64,000 nt of DNA from the NCBI GenBank assembly GCA_964575955.1, contig CAZNTG010000003.1, positions 32,001 through 96,000 of the forward strand, read 5' to 3'. Under the pieces are notes generated by a model. That model saw nothing but the letters and a program-made list of their open reading frames with translations, was not told the origin of the DNA and searched no databases. A program made the position numbers and the translations under genes. Below, in pieces: positions 1 through 8,538 of this stretch (its first letter is position 1; every line of letters starts with the position of its first letter). Source of the DNA: an uncultured Thermoproteaceae archaeon (GTDB taxonomy: Archaea > Thermoproteota > Thermoprotei > Thermoproteales > Thermocladiaceae).

Positions 1-229
1 GATCTACATATCTAGCAGTACTATAATATACATGTGCTGGAACATTTTTTAATGCAAATTTCTTAAAATCTTCAACATTTCTAAATGATAGATGTCTAAT
101 CATTATATCTTTACCAAATGGTTGATATGCAAACTCTCTACTTTCAATATCTGTAATCTGTATATCTCTATCAGGATTTCTATAATATGATTTGAAGTAT
201 GTTTTTATAAGTGTCTCAATTCTAGACAT
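1..229 (-). CDS. priS: DNA primase small subunit (5' part; runs off window start)
   Basis: Not in ORF track. Manual translation from ATG at 229: MSRIETLIKTYFKSYY...SREFAYQPF...MIRHLSF...PAHVYYSTARYVD, the PriS N-terminal motifs. Start overlaps the PCNA stop. Confidence 0.9.
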   Translation of the reverse strand, partial: MSRIETLIKTYFKSYYRNPDRDIQITDIESREFAYQPFGKDIMIRHLSFRNVEDFKKFALKNVPAHVYYSTARYVD

Positions 230-987
230 TAGTCTAACATTGGTGCTATGAAGTATGTCAATCTACCACCCATAGGTATTTCAAATGTTAGTGAGACAGG
301 TTTACCTGTTGCAAATTCTATAACTGCAATATCACTAACCCTATATGCCTTAGATACAATATCTGCAAGATAGTCTAAACTATATCTAGCACTTGCTGGC
401 TCTTTAAGATCATACTCAAACATTGCTTCACTATCTCTCTCAAACTTAACCTCTAGATCACCTCTATCACTGCTAGCTGTTATGTATAGTCCATCATCCT
501 TAGCTTCAAATTTTACAGAATCAGCAATTACATCAGCATCTTTCATAGCTTCTCTAAGAGCATCACTAGCAACTTTTGCAGTAACTGTGAACACTACTTT
601 AGGTGTTGGTAGTTGTTCTACAGGTACGTCAATTATTGGAAGCATTACTGCTCTAGTAGCCTTACCTATGAGCTTAACTTTCAACTTTCCTTCAGAGACC
701 TCTAGAGCAATTCTATCACCTTTCTTAACTCTCTTCAAGATCTTCTTCAAATCGCTGAAGTTTACACCAACTCTAATCTCTTCAGATATCTCTGATGGAT
801 ATTCTTCAAAAGCTTCTCTAGGCATGAATAGGTCTATAAGTGCACTTCTTGAAGAATCTATAGCTCTAAGTTTTAGACCTTCACTAGTTATTGTAAATGC
901 TGCTTCCTCAAGTAGTACAGCTATGGACTCTACAATATATACAAACTCCTTAGCATCTGAGTAGAGTAGTTTCACACTTTCAGACAT
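229..987 (-). CDS. pcn: DNA polymerase sliding clamp PCNA
   Basis: GLKLRAIDSSRSALIDL, SARYSLDYL and C-terminal LTYFIAP; 252 aa. Confidence 0.96.
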   Translation of the reverse strand: MSESVKLLYSDAKEFVYIVESIAVLLEEAAFTITSEGLKLRAIDSSRSALIDLFMPREAFEEYPSEISEEIRVGVNFSDLKKILKRVKKGDRIALEVSEGKLKVKLIGKATRAVMLPIIDVPVEQLPTPKVVFTVTAKVASDALREAMKDADVIADSVKFEAKDDGLYITASSDRGDLEVKFERDSEAMFEYDLKEPASARYSLDYLADIVSKAYRVSDIAVIEFATGKPVSLTFEIPMGGRLTYFIAPMLD

Positions 988-1056
988 GTCGTATGTATAG
1001 TCTTTACATAATTCAAAAATCCTCTCCTAGACAACACTACGTGTATAACATTTCAA

Positions 1057-1407
1057 CTACTCATACTCTCTCCAAGTATGTCCACATCTGGTACATCTGT
1101 AAAATCTTGTAGGTGGTTCATCAGCAGCACGTGTCTGCTGTATCCAGTAGTATGCTTCTTCATTACCACACTTAGGACATATAGCACGTGTCTTTGGAAG
1201 ATTAGTACTCTCTTCCTTAATTATTATTGGAGTATCTGTAGGCTTTCTCTCAATTACAGTCCTAACTGATAGACTTTGACCAACAGCTGATTCCTCATAA
1301 CCACACTTGGGACATTTTAGTACATTACCATTCTGAGTCTTCACTGGTCTCATTAGAGTTCTACATCTAGGACAGAAACGGAGTGACATTGCTCTAATAG
1401 TACTCAA
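1057..1407 (-). CDS. tfs: Transcription factor S (TFS/RpoM-like)
   Basis: Two Zn ribbons (FCPRC..CPKC; CPKCG..CTRC) and QTRAADEP acidic hairpin; true start may be slightly downstream. Confidence 0.95.
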   Translation of the reverse strand: MSTIRAMSLRFCPRCRTLMRPVKTQNGNVLKCPKCGYEESAVGQSLSVRTVIERKPTDTPIIIKEESTNLPKTRAICPKCGNEEAYYWIQQTRAADEPPTRFYRCTRCGHTWREYE

Positions 1408-1434
1408 GAAACGTTTATAAGCTAATCGCTGTGC

Positions 1435-1935
1435 TTGAAATGGGGATCCAGACTGGTAAGTGTGAAAGAAGTTCCACCTGACAGATTGATATCTAGACTA
1501 GCACAATACTTGAAGAACATTCCTGAGATAAAGCCACCACCATGGGCAATATTTGTGAAGACTGGTGCAAATAAGGAGAGACCACCAATGCAGGAAGACT
1601 GGTGGTACTATAGAGCAGCAGCAATATTGAGAAAACTATACCTACACGGTCCTGTAGGTATTGAAAGATTGAGAACAGCATTTGGATATAGAGCAAAGAT
1701 TGGAGGTGGATATAAACCTGAGAGATTTAGAAAAGCTGGAGGAGCAATAATTAGAAAAATACTACAACAACTAGAAAAGGCAGGACTAGTAGAGAAAGTA
1801 CCAGGAAAGGGAAGAGTATTAACACCTGAAGGTAGAAGACTACTAGACAAACTTGCATATGAAATACTTAAAGAGATGGTTAAAGAAATGCCTGAACTTG
1901 GAAAATACCTAACACCAAAACTAGCACAACAATAA
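1435..1935 (+). CDS. rps19e: 30S ribosomal protein S19e
   Basis: [41 protein letters not shown]; true start possibly CTG at 1453. Confidence 0.97.
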   Translation: MKWGSRLVSVKEVPPDRLISRLAQYLKNIPEIKPPPWAIFVKTGANKERPPMQEDWWYYRAAAILRKLYLHGPVGIERLRTAFGYRAKIGGGYKPERFRKAGGAIIRKILQQLEKAGLVEKVPGKGRVLTPEGRRLLDKLAYEILKEMVKEMPELGKYLTPKLAQQ

Positions 1936-1983
1936 TGAGAGAAAAATTTAATGTTAAACTAAAAACCTAGTAAGAAAGTAGGT

Positions 1984-2337
1984 ATGAGTACTCCAGTAGA
2001 CGAGTATAGGAGTGAACTTTCAGATGAGGAATTGGAACTGTTGAAGAGAAGAAAGATGGAAGAACTTCAAAAGAGACTTGAAGAAGAGAGAAGAAGAGCT
2101 GAACTACAGGCTCAGAAACGTGCAATACTAAACGTGATATTGACACCTGAAGCTAGGAGAAGATTAGACAATCTCAGACTTGTAAAACCAGAACTTGTGG
2201 AAGCAATAGAGAATCAACTAATAGCTCTTGCACAATCAGGAAGACTTAAGACACCTATAACTGATGATGAGCTTAAGAGGATGTTAGAGGAGATCTATAG
2301 AAGAACTCGTAGAGATATAAGAATTAGATTTAGATAA
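1984..2337 (+). CDS. PDCD5/TFAR19-family DNA-binding protein
   Basis: [19 protein letters not shown]...[12 protein letters not shown]; conserved position after rps19e. Confidence 0.93.
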   Translation: MSTPVDEYRSELSDEELELLKRRKMEELQKRLEEERRRAELQAQKRAILNVILTPEARRRLDNLRLVKPELVEAIENQLIALAQSGRLKTPITDDELKRMLEEIYRRTRRDIRIRFR

Positions 2338-2386
2338 ACTTAGACATTTTTAAAAAGGGTCTTCAACATGTTGTGTTGGTAAGAAT

Positions 2387-2542
2387 ATGGCTAGAAATAA
2401 GCCACTTGGAAAGAAGCTTAGACTTGCAGCAGCATTAAAATCAAATAGACTACCACCACCATGGGTAGTTGTTAAAACGAATAGGAGAGTTACAATAACA
2501 CCAACTAAGAGACATTGGAGAAGAGTTAAACTTAAAGCATAA
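2387..2542 (+). CDS. rpl39e: 50S ribosomal protein L39e
   Basis: Not in ORF track (51 aa). Manual translation [51 protein letters not shown]. Confidence 0.97.
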   Translation: MARNKPLGKKLRLAAALKSNRLPPPWVVVKTNRRVTITPTKRHWRRVKLKA

Positions 2543-2553
2543 CAAGACCTAGG

Positions 2554-2865
2554 GTGATGTCTATGGCTGAAGCTAAGGCTACAGGTAAGGTAGTTCTAGA
2601 GAGAGTATATACAATAAATCTACGTAGGACACGTGAAGTATCTAGAACAAAACGTGCACCATACGCTATAAGGCTAATAAGAAAATTCATATCAAGACAT
2701 CTACATGTAGAACCACAACAAGTAAAGATTAGTAATGAAGTTAATGAGAAAATCTGGTCTAGAAGTATTGAAAAACCACCTAGAAAGATCAAGGTTAAAG
2801 TTGTGAAGTATGAAGATGGTACAGTATGGGTATACCTATACAAGGAGGAGGAATCTAAACAGTAG
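2554..2865 (+). CDS. rpl31e: 50S ribosomal protein L31e
   Basis: [42 protein letters not shown]. Confidence 0.97.
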   Translation: MMSMAEAKATGKVVLERVYTINLRRTREVSRTKRAPYAIRLIRKFISRHLHVEPQQVKISNEVNEKIWSRSIEKPPRKIKVKVVKYEDGTVWVYLYKEEESKQ

Positions 2866-2875
2866 ATGATCATCC

Positions 2876-3556
2876 ATGTCTAGAAAGTTTGAAGTTACAC
2901 CAATATCAATATATGGTACACCAATAATTGGAGTATACATATTCACAAATAACAAATATACATTCATACCACCAGAAACACCACCAAAAATTGATGAAGT
3001 AATAAGATCAACATTAAAGACAGAGGTTGTTAGATTAACTATCGGTAAGACACCACTACTTGGAATATTCATGACAGGTAATGATAATGGTATTGTTGTT
3101 CCAAACATAGTTACTGATGATGAATTAAAAATTTTGAAAAGTCTAGATCTTAAAATATCTATAATAGATACAAGGTTTACAGCAATAAACAACCTAGTAC
3201 TATGTAATAACAAGTCCTGCCTAATATCTCCAATAGTAGAGAAGGAGTATGTAAAGACAATACAGGAAACTCTAGATGTAGAAGTACACATAGATACAAT
3301 ATGTAAATCCTACCTCGTAGGTTCTCTAGCAGTTGTAAATAGTAGAGGTGTTCTTGTAAGTGCAGATGCTGATGAAGAAGATCTAAAGAAATTGAGAACA
3401 ATATTCAACCTACCTGTAGATGTAGGTACGATAAATAGAGGTAAAACAATGATTAGAAGTGGACTTGTAGCAAATGACTATGGTGCACTTGTTGGTGATG
3501 ATACTACAGGTTTTGAAATTGTTAGAATAGTACAGGTATTAGGATTTACAGAGTAG
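2876..3556 (+). CDS. eif6: Translation initiation factor aIF-6
   Basis: IGVY, GNDNGIVVP, GTINRG...SGLVANDYGALVGDDTTGFE; follows rpl31e. Confidence 0.95.
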   Translation: MSRKFEVTPISIYGTPIIGVYIFTNNKYTFIPPETPPKIDEVIRSTLKTEVVRLTIGKTPLLGIFMTGNDNGIVVPNIVTDDELKILKSLDLKISIIDTRFTAINNLVLCNNKSCLISPIVEKEYVKTIQETLDVEVHIDTICKSYLVGSLAVVNSRGVLVSADADEEDLKKLRTIFNLPVDVGTINRGKTMIRSGLVANDYGALVGDDTTGFEIVRIVQVLGFTE

Positions 3557-3563
3557 TAGAGTT

Positions 3564-4670
3564 TTATGAGAGTAATTGATCGATAAACCACTCTTTTCTA
3601 AATGGCATAAGATCTTCATATCTTTGACCAACACCTAGGAAGTATATTGGCTTTCTCAAAACTACCAAGAATGTGAGTATTGACCCACCTTTTGGATATG
3701 CATCAACCTTAGTTATTATTAATCCATCAATATTTACATATTTTGAATATGTTTTAGCTACTTCAAGAGCTTCATTTCCAAGTAGTGCGTCTGCAACAAA
3801 TATTGAAAGGTCTGGTTCTGCAACTCTATAAATCTTCTTCAACTCATCCATAAGATTAACATCTGTATGCATTCTACCTGCAGTATCTACAAGTACGAAA
3901 TCTATACCTTTAGATTCTGCATGTGCTATAGCATCATGAATAACAGCTGCTGGATCAGCACCATATCTATGCTTTATAACTCTAATACCAAGTCTACGAC
4001 CATGCTCCTCTAACTGCTCTATAGCTCCTGCTCTAAATGTATCTGCAGCTGCAAAAATTACAGAATATCCACTCTTCTTCAATAGATATCCAACTTTTGC
4101 AATTGTAGTAGTCTTACCATAACCGTTAGGTCCTAGAAATAGTATTACAACAGGACTACGCTCTTCATATATCTTCTTTACAAGATCGAGAAAATCTACA
4201 TCAGGAACATCACCAATAACGTTAAGTATTGCTCTTCTAATACAGTCTTTAATAAGCTTCTCTTTATCACTACCAAATCTAGGTATCTTAAGTTCAGAAA
4301 GTTCTCTCTTAACAGCTTCTGTAATTGCCTCACTAACCTCAACAGCAACATCACATTCTACAAGTTGAATAAATAGATTTTCACAAAGCTTACTAATCTT
4401 ATCCTCACTAAGTCTAGTATATACAACAGCCTCACTAATCCTATGAGCAATCCTAGATAACAATCCTCTCCTCTCTTCAATCTTCTCCTCAACCTTACTC
4501 TCTTCAACCTTAACTTCCTGAACTGCATGTTGTGTAGATATTTGCTGTACTTGTTGTACTTCCTGTATAGTCTTCTCTTCAATCTTCTCCTCTTTCTTCT
4601 CTTCTTCTCTAAATAGTGATACTATTGCATTTGTGAAATTTCTAAACGCCTCTTTCAATTTTTTAAACAT
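3564..4670 (-). CDS. ftsY: Signal recognition particle receptor FtsY
   Basis: GPNGYGKTTTIAK, AADTFRAGAIEQL, DTAGR, TKVD..KGG. Confidence 0.97.
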   Translation of the reverse strand: MFKKLKEAFRNFTNAIVSLFREEEKKEEKIEEKTIQEVQQVQQISTQHAVQEVKVEESKVEEKIEERRGLLSRIAHRISEAVVYTRLSEDKISKLCENLFIQLVECDVAVEVSEAITEAVKRELSELKIPRFGSDKEKLIKDCIRRAILNVIGDVPDVDFLDLVKKIYEERSPVVILFLGPNGYGKTTTIAKVGYLLKKSGYSVIFAAADTFRAGAIEQLEEHGRRLGIRVIKHRYGADPAAVIHDAIAHAESKGIDFVLVDTAGRMHTDVNLMDELKKIYRVAEPDLSIFVADALLGNEALEVAKTYSKYVNIDGLIITKVDAYPKGGSILTFLVVLRKPIYFLGVGQRYEDLMPFRKEWFIDQLLS

Positions 4671-4721
4671 GCTCTCTAATCTAGATCTTAATATCGAAAG
4701 TATATTAAGATAACTTCAAGA

Positions 4722-5186
4722 TTATGATTTACCTTCAGCTTTCTCTTCAGCTCTCATCATTGAGTATACTGCTGCTAAGAATTGTCTAATATTTTCAATC
4801 CTTCTTAAAGTATCTGCAAGCCTCATCTCAAGTCTTGAACGTATATCTTCAAGTTCTCTAATCCTCCTATCAATATGGTCAAGTGCAGAGTTTACACTCA
4901 TCTCAACTACATAGTTAGCACCAATGTTTACAAGCACCTTATCGTAATCTTCAATTCTAGATTTAACAAATACACCACCACCAATAGCTGTATAACTCTC
5001 CTCAAACTTCTTACCGTCAACAAGCATCTTTATGAGTGATCTAGCTGATCTCAACTCATTTATAGATGCTGATAGTATAGTTATATCCTGTCTAAGTGCC
5101 TGTGCTGTAGATTCTAGAACTTCCAACTCCTGTACAAGTCTAGCAATGTCTGCCTCAGTTATTCTTCTCTCTCTAACTTCACTCAT
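4722..5186 (-). CDS. pfdA: Prefoldin alpha subunit
   Basis: Coiled coils flanking IGGGVFVK...KVLVNIGANYVVE; between rplX and ftsY. Confidence 0.93.
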   Translation of the reverse strand: MSEVRERRITEADIARLVQELEVLESTAQALRQDITILSASINELRSARSLIKMLVDGKKFEESYTAIGGGVFVKSRIEDYDKVLVNIGANYVVEMSVNSALDHIDRRIRELEDIRSRLEMRLADTLRRIENIRQFLAAVYSMMRAEEKAEGKS

Positions 5187-5211
5187 ACTATCAATCCACC
5201 TTTCAATATTT

Positions 5212-5472
5212 TTAGAATTTTACAATCTTATCAAGCATTAACAATATCTTAATCTCATCTCTAGCCTCTTCAGGACTTATCTCTCTAACATCTAAAATCT
5301 TGATCATCTGTCTATTAAGTTTATGTCTACTACCAAGCATTGAGTATACTCTCTCAATAACTTCAGAAACTCTAGTACCTGTAATATCAATCTTAAACTT
5401 CTGCCAACTATTCCTAATCTTCATCCGACCAACAACTCTATACACCTTAACACTCTTAACAGGACTTGACAT
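5212..5472 (-). CDS. rpl18a: 50S ribosomal protein L18Ae/LX
   Basis: VKVYRVVG...ERVYSMLGSRHKLNRQMIKI. Confidence 0.93.
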   Translation of the reverse strand: MSSPVKSVKVYRVVGRMKIRNSWQKFKIDITGTRVSEVIERVYSMLGSRHKLNRQMIKILDVREISPEEARDEIKILLMLDKIVKF

Positions 5473-5560
5473 AGTACTAGACTAGTCTAAGAGGGGGTTA
5501 TTAGTCTTCTCTCTCAGCATAACTTTTTAATACATGCCTACAAGATACGTTCAAGTCTAG

Positions 5561-5929
5561 ATGCAGAGACAAGTTGCTAAAAGACAAGTTCAGAAGAAGA
5601 GTAGTGAGAAGTCTAGTATTGCTAAGATATTTGATAAACTAGTAACCTACCTATCACTTGTAAAATGGATATTGAAAGTTGCTCAAAGACCAACATCAGA
5701 TCAGTTGAAGACTACTGCAAAGATGACATTGATAATGGTCTTAATAATTGGAATATACGCATTCATAGTATCACTAGTTAGATATCTAGTATTTATGAGA
5801 GGGTCAATAGTAACATTACCACCACCATACAACTACATTCTGATAGGTGTAATTGCTGGAGCATGTATTGGAGTTCTAATATTCGTATACATATCACTTA
5901 GAAGGACAGTTAAAAGTAGGGGTAGGTAG
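5561..5929 (+). CDS. secE: Protein translocase SecE/Sec61-gamma with an additional C-terminal TM segment
   Basis: WILKVAQRPT..QLK.TAK followed by a TM helix with IG..AF; immediately upstream of spt5. Confidence 0.75.
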   Translation: MQRQVAKRQVQKKSSEKSSIAKIFDKLVTYLSLVKWILKVAQRPTSDQLKTTAKMTLIMVLIIGIYAFIVSLVRYLVFMRGSIVTLPPPYNYILIGVIAGACIGVLIFVYISLRRTVKSRGR

Positions 5930-5940
5930 GTAGATTATCA

Positions 5941-6426
5941 ATGTCTGAGAGTGAGAAGAAGCAGATAAGTGAAGAGTCCTTCTTCATGGTAGTCAGAACT
6001 GTCGGAGGACAGGAATATAATGTTGCACTAATACTAAAAGCCAGAATTGAGAGTAAGAATCTAAACATACCATCACTCATAGTCTTACCACAATTGAAAG
6101 GTTTGATATTTGTAGAAAAAGGACTACCACACATACTACAAAACCTGATAATTGGAATTAAACACTGTAGAGGAATACTCAGAGGTAAGGTACCACTAAG
6201 CGAGATAATGAGAGTAATCACAAGACCAATAGAACTCAAGATTGGTGACATGGTTGAAATCGTGAGTGGACCATTCAGAGGATATAAAGGTAGAGTCATG
6301 GATATAGATACTGAAAGTGGAACTGTGACAATAGAGATCACAGATGCAGCATCACCAATGCCGATAACCTTAAGAATTAAAGATGTTCGACTACTAGAAC
6401 GCAGAAGAGAGGGTGAACAAGGATGA
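5941..6426 (+). CDS. spt5: Transcription elongation factor Spt5/NusG
   Basis: VRTVGGQEYNVA, KGLIFVE, KOW motif GDMVEIVSGPFRG. Confidence 0.96.
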   Translation: MSESEKKQISEESFFMVVRTVGGQEYNVALILKARIESKNLNIPSLIVLPQLKGLIFVEKGLPHILQNLIIGIKHCRGILRGKVPLSEIMRVITRPIELKIGDMVEIVSGPFRGYKGRVMDIDTESGTVTIEITDAASPMPITLRIKDVRLLERRREGEQG

Positions 6427-6941
6427 AGAAAGTATTGAGAATACAGGTAACTGGAGGAAAAGTAAATCCAGCATCACTAAAACCATTACAAGATCTTGGA
6501 TTTGACATAAACAAGATTATGCAAGAGATAAATGATAAGGTTAAGCTAGTACTAAAATATAAGATACAGAACATGTATGTAGAGATTGAATATGACCCAG
6601 ATAGAAAGACATATGAAATAAAACCTGAATGGCCACCAATAGGAGATCTCTTGATAAGAGCTGTAGGTAAGGAAGATGGTGCACATCAAGCAGCACCAAA
6701 AGAAGTAATTGGTAATCTATCTATAGATCAGGTAGCTGAGATAGCATATATAAAGTTTGATGAACTTAGAAGCTACACATTTAAATCAGCATTAAAACAA
6801 GTCTTAAGTACATGTAAATGTGTTGGTATTCTTGTAGAAGGTAAAGATCCTAAAGAAGTTATAAAGCTTGTAGACTCAGGACAGTACGACGACATAATTA
6901 GAAAATATGAAGAGAAGTTGAAGAAGGAGGGTAGACTATAA
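6423..6941 (+). CDS. rpl11: 50S ribosomal protein L11 (divergent)
   Basis: V.GGKVNP, IGNLSIDQVAEIA..K, KQVLSTC..VGILVEGKDPKEV; between spt5 and rpl1. Confidence 0.9.
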   Translation: MKKVLRIQVTGGKVNPASLKPLQDLGFDINKIMQEINDKVKLVLKYKIQNMYVEIEYDPDRKTYEIKPEWPPIGDLLIRAVGKEDGAHQAAPKEVIGNLSIDQVAEIAYIKFDELRSYTFKSALKQVLSTCKCVGILVEGKDPKEVIKLVDSGQYDDIIRKYEEKLKKEGRL

Positions 6942-6980
6942 CACAACCTTTAAAATCTCTCACATATAACATCTGCAACA

Positions 6981-7640
6981 ATGTTTAACCTAGATGAGAT
7001 TGTTAGAGCAGTTGAAGAAGCTAAGAAAATTGCTAAAAAGAGAAGATTTATACAGAGTGTAGACATTATTGTAAAATTGAGAGATGTAGATCCTAAGAAG
7101 AGACCTGACGATAGAGTAAACATAACAATACCACTACCACACCCAATACCAAACAAGATACCTAAAATATGTGTAATAGCTTCAGGTGCTGCAGTACTAG
7201 CTGCAAGAGATGCAAAAGCAGACACAATACTCACAAAAGAAGATCTTGAAAAACTTGCTGGAAATAAGAAAGCTATTAAAAAACTAGCACAGGAACATGA
7301 CTTCTTCGTAGCAACACCAGACATGATGGTTCTAGTAGGTAGAATAATGGGTCCAATACTTGGACCTAGAGGTAAAATGCCTGAAGTTGTACCACCAAAC
7401 GTAGATATTAGATCTGTAATTGAGAGATTGAGAAGAAGTACACGTGTACGTGTTAAAGATCAACCACAATTCATGACTAGAGTAGGTAGTGAAATTATGG
7501 ATAGTAGAGATATTGCAGAAAACATAGTTACAGTACTTGAAGAAGTTATGAGAAGAAAATATCCGAGAGAGAAGATTGAGTGGACTAAAGTAAAATTGAC
7601 GATGGGACCGCCTGTAGATTTCAACCCATTCATAGAATAG
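6981..7640 (+). CDS. rpl1: 50S ribosomal protein L1
   Basis: RRFIQSVDI, GPILGPRGKMP, VKLTMGPP. Confidence 0.97.
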   Translation: MFNLDEIVRAVEEAKKIAKKRRFIQSVDIIVKLRDVDPKKRPDDRVNITIPLPHPIPNKIPKICVIASGAAVLAARDAKADTILTKEDLEKLAGNKKAIKKLAQEHDFFVATPDMMVLVGRIMGPILGPRGKMPEVVPPNVDIRSVIERLRRSTRVRVKDQPQFMTRVGSEIMDSRDIAENIVTVLEEVMRRKYPREKIEWTKVKLTMGPPVDFNPFIE

Positions 7641-8439
7641 ATCTAGCATATACACATACATGCCTATATTCACAACGTCTACACCTACTTCTACAATCTG
7701 TAGGTATGTACTCACCACGAGTATCAAACCAATAACCTAGAGCCCAATCAAGATATCTAAAACTTGAATATTCATAACCATAGACATGTATAGAGTATAG
7801 ACTACCCCTAACCTCAACCTCACTATCCTGATACTTCTCTAATATATTTAGAACTTTATTAAAAAGCTTCTCTCTAACAGTGTCTGTAATTTGTAAATCT
7901 CTATAAACTTTAATAATAACAACATCGCAATTTCTAGATATGTCATTACTAACTAACATATATGCATATAGCTGTGCTTGAACATATTCACATGTAAATA
8001 CCTTACCAATCCACCTCTTCGTAGTTTTAAGTTCTATAACACCAACAGCTTCACCATCTCTAAATATTATTGCATCAGGAACACCCAATATTGGAACATC
8101 ACGATAAGTTATGCATAGAGGCATTGTAACTATAGCTCTTCTACATGTAGAAACTATATCAATAAGCTCACTTCTAGAAACTTGCTCACCTTTAAAGACC
8201 TCTTCATGAATATAAGTTCCAAGTTTCATAGCATCAGTCTCAACCTTACCCTCCCTATACATTAGAGTAAGCTTATGTTCACAATAGAATTGTTGTGCAA
8301 TTTCTGAAATTGTTAAATACTTCTTATCAAACTTCAAACCATCAGCATACAACCTTCCAGACAATACATCAATAACCATGTTAAGATTCTTCTTAATTCC
8401 TAAAATATTCATCACAGACATATTAAAAATATGAAACAT
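7630..8439 (-). CDS. Solo Cas4/Exo5-like PD-(D/E)XK nuclease with 4Fe-4S staple
   Basis: QFYCE..GTYIH..GVPD..IELKT..QAQLY..CRRCEYRHVC; start uncertain. Confidence 0.8.
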   Translation of the reverse strand: MFHIFNMSVMNILGIKKNLNMVIDVLSGRLYADGLKFDKKYLTISEIAQQFYCEHKLTLMYREGKVETDAMKLGTYIHEEVFKGEQVSRSELIDIVSTCRRAIVTMPLCITYRDVPILGVPDAIIFRDGEAVGVIELKTTKRWIGKVFTCEYVQAQLYAYMLVSNDISRNCDVVIIKVYRDLQITDTVREKLFNKVLNILEKYQDSEVEVRGSLYSIHVYGYEYSSFRYLDWALGYWFDTRGEYIPTDCRSRCRRCEYRHVCVYARSIL

Positions 8440-8538
8440 CTTTATTAACCTTATGAATAATGTGAAGTTCTATAGTATAGTCCGACATTGAGTTCTTGAG
8501 GAAAATCTTTAAACACGGTTAAACATTGAAACCTTCGC

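Noticed and set aside
4460-4615. CT-rich short repeats in ftsY
   Set aside because: Simply encodes the Glu/Lys-rich N-terminal region typical of FtsY
8440-8538. Cobalamin riboswitch upstream of the ABC transporter
   Set aside because: Short AT-rich spacer with no B12 box or stable structure
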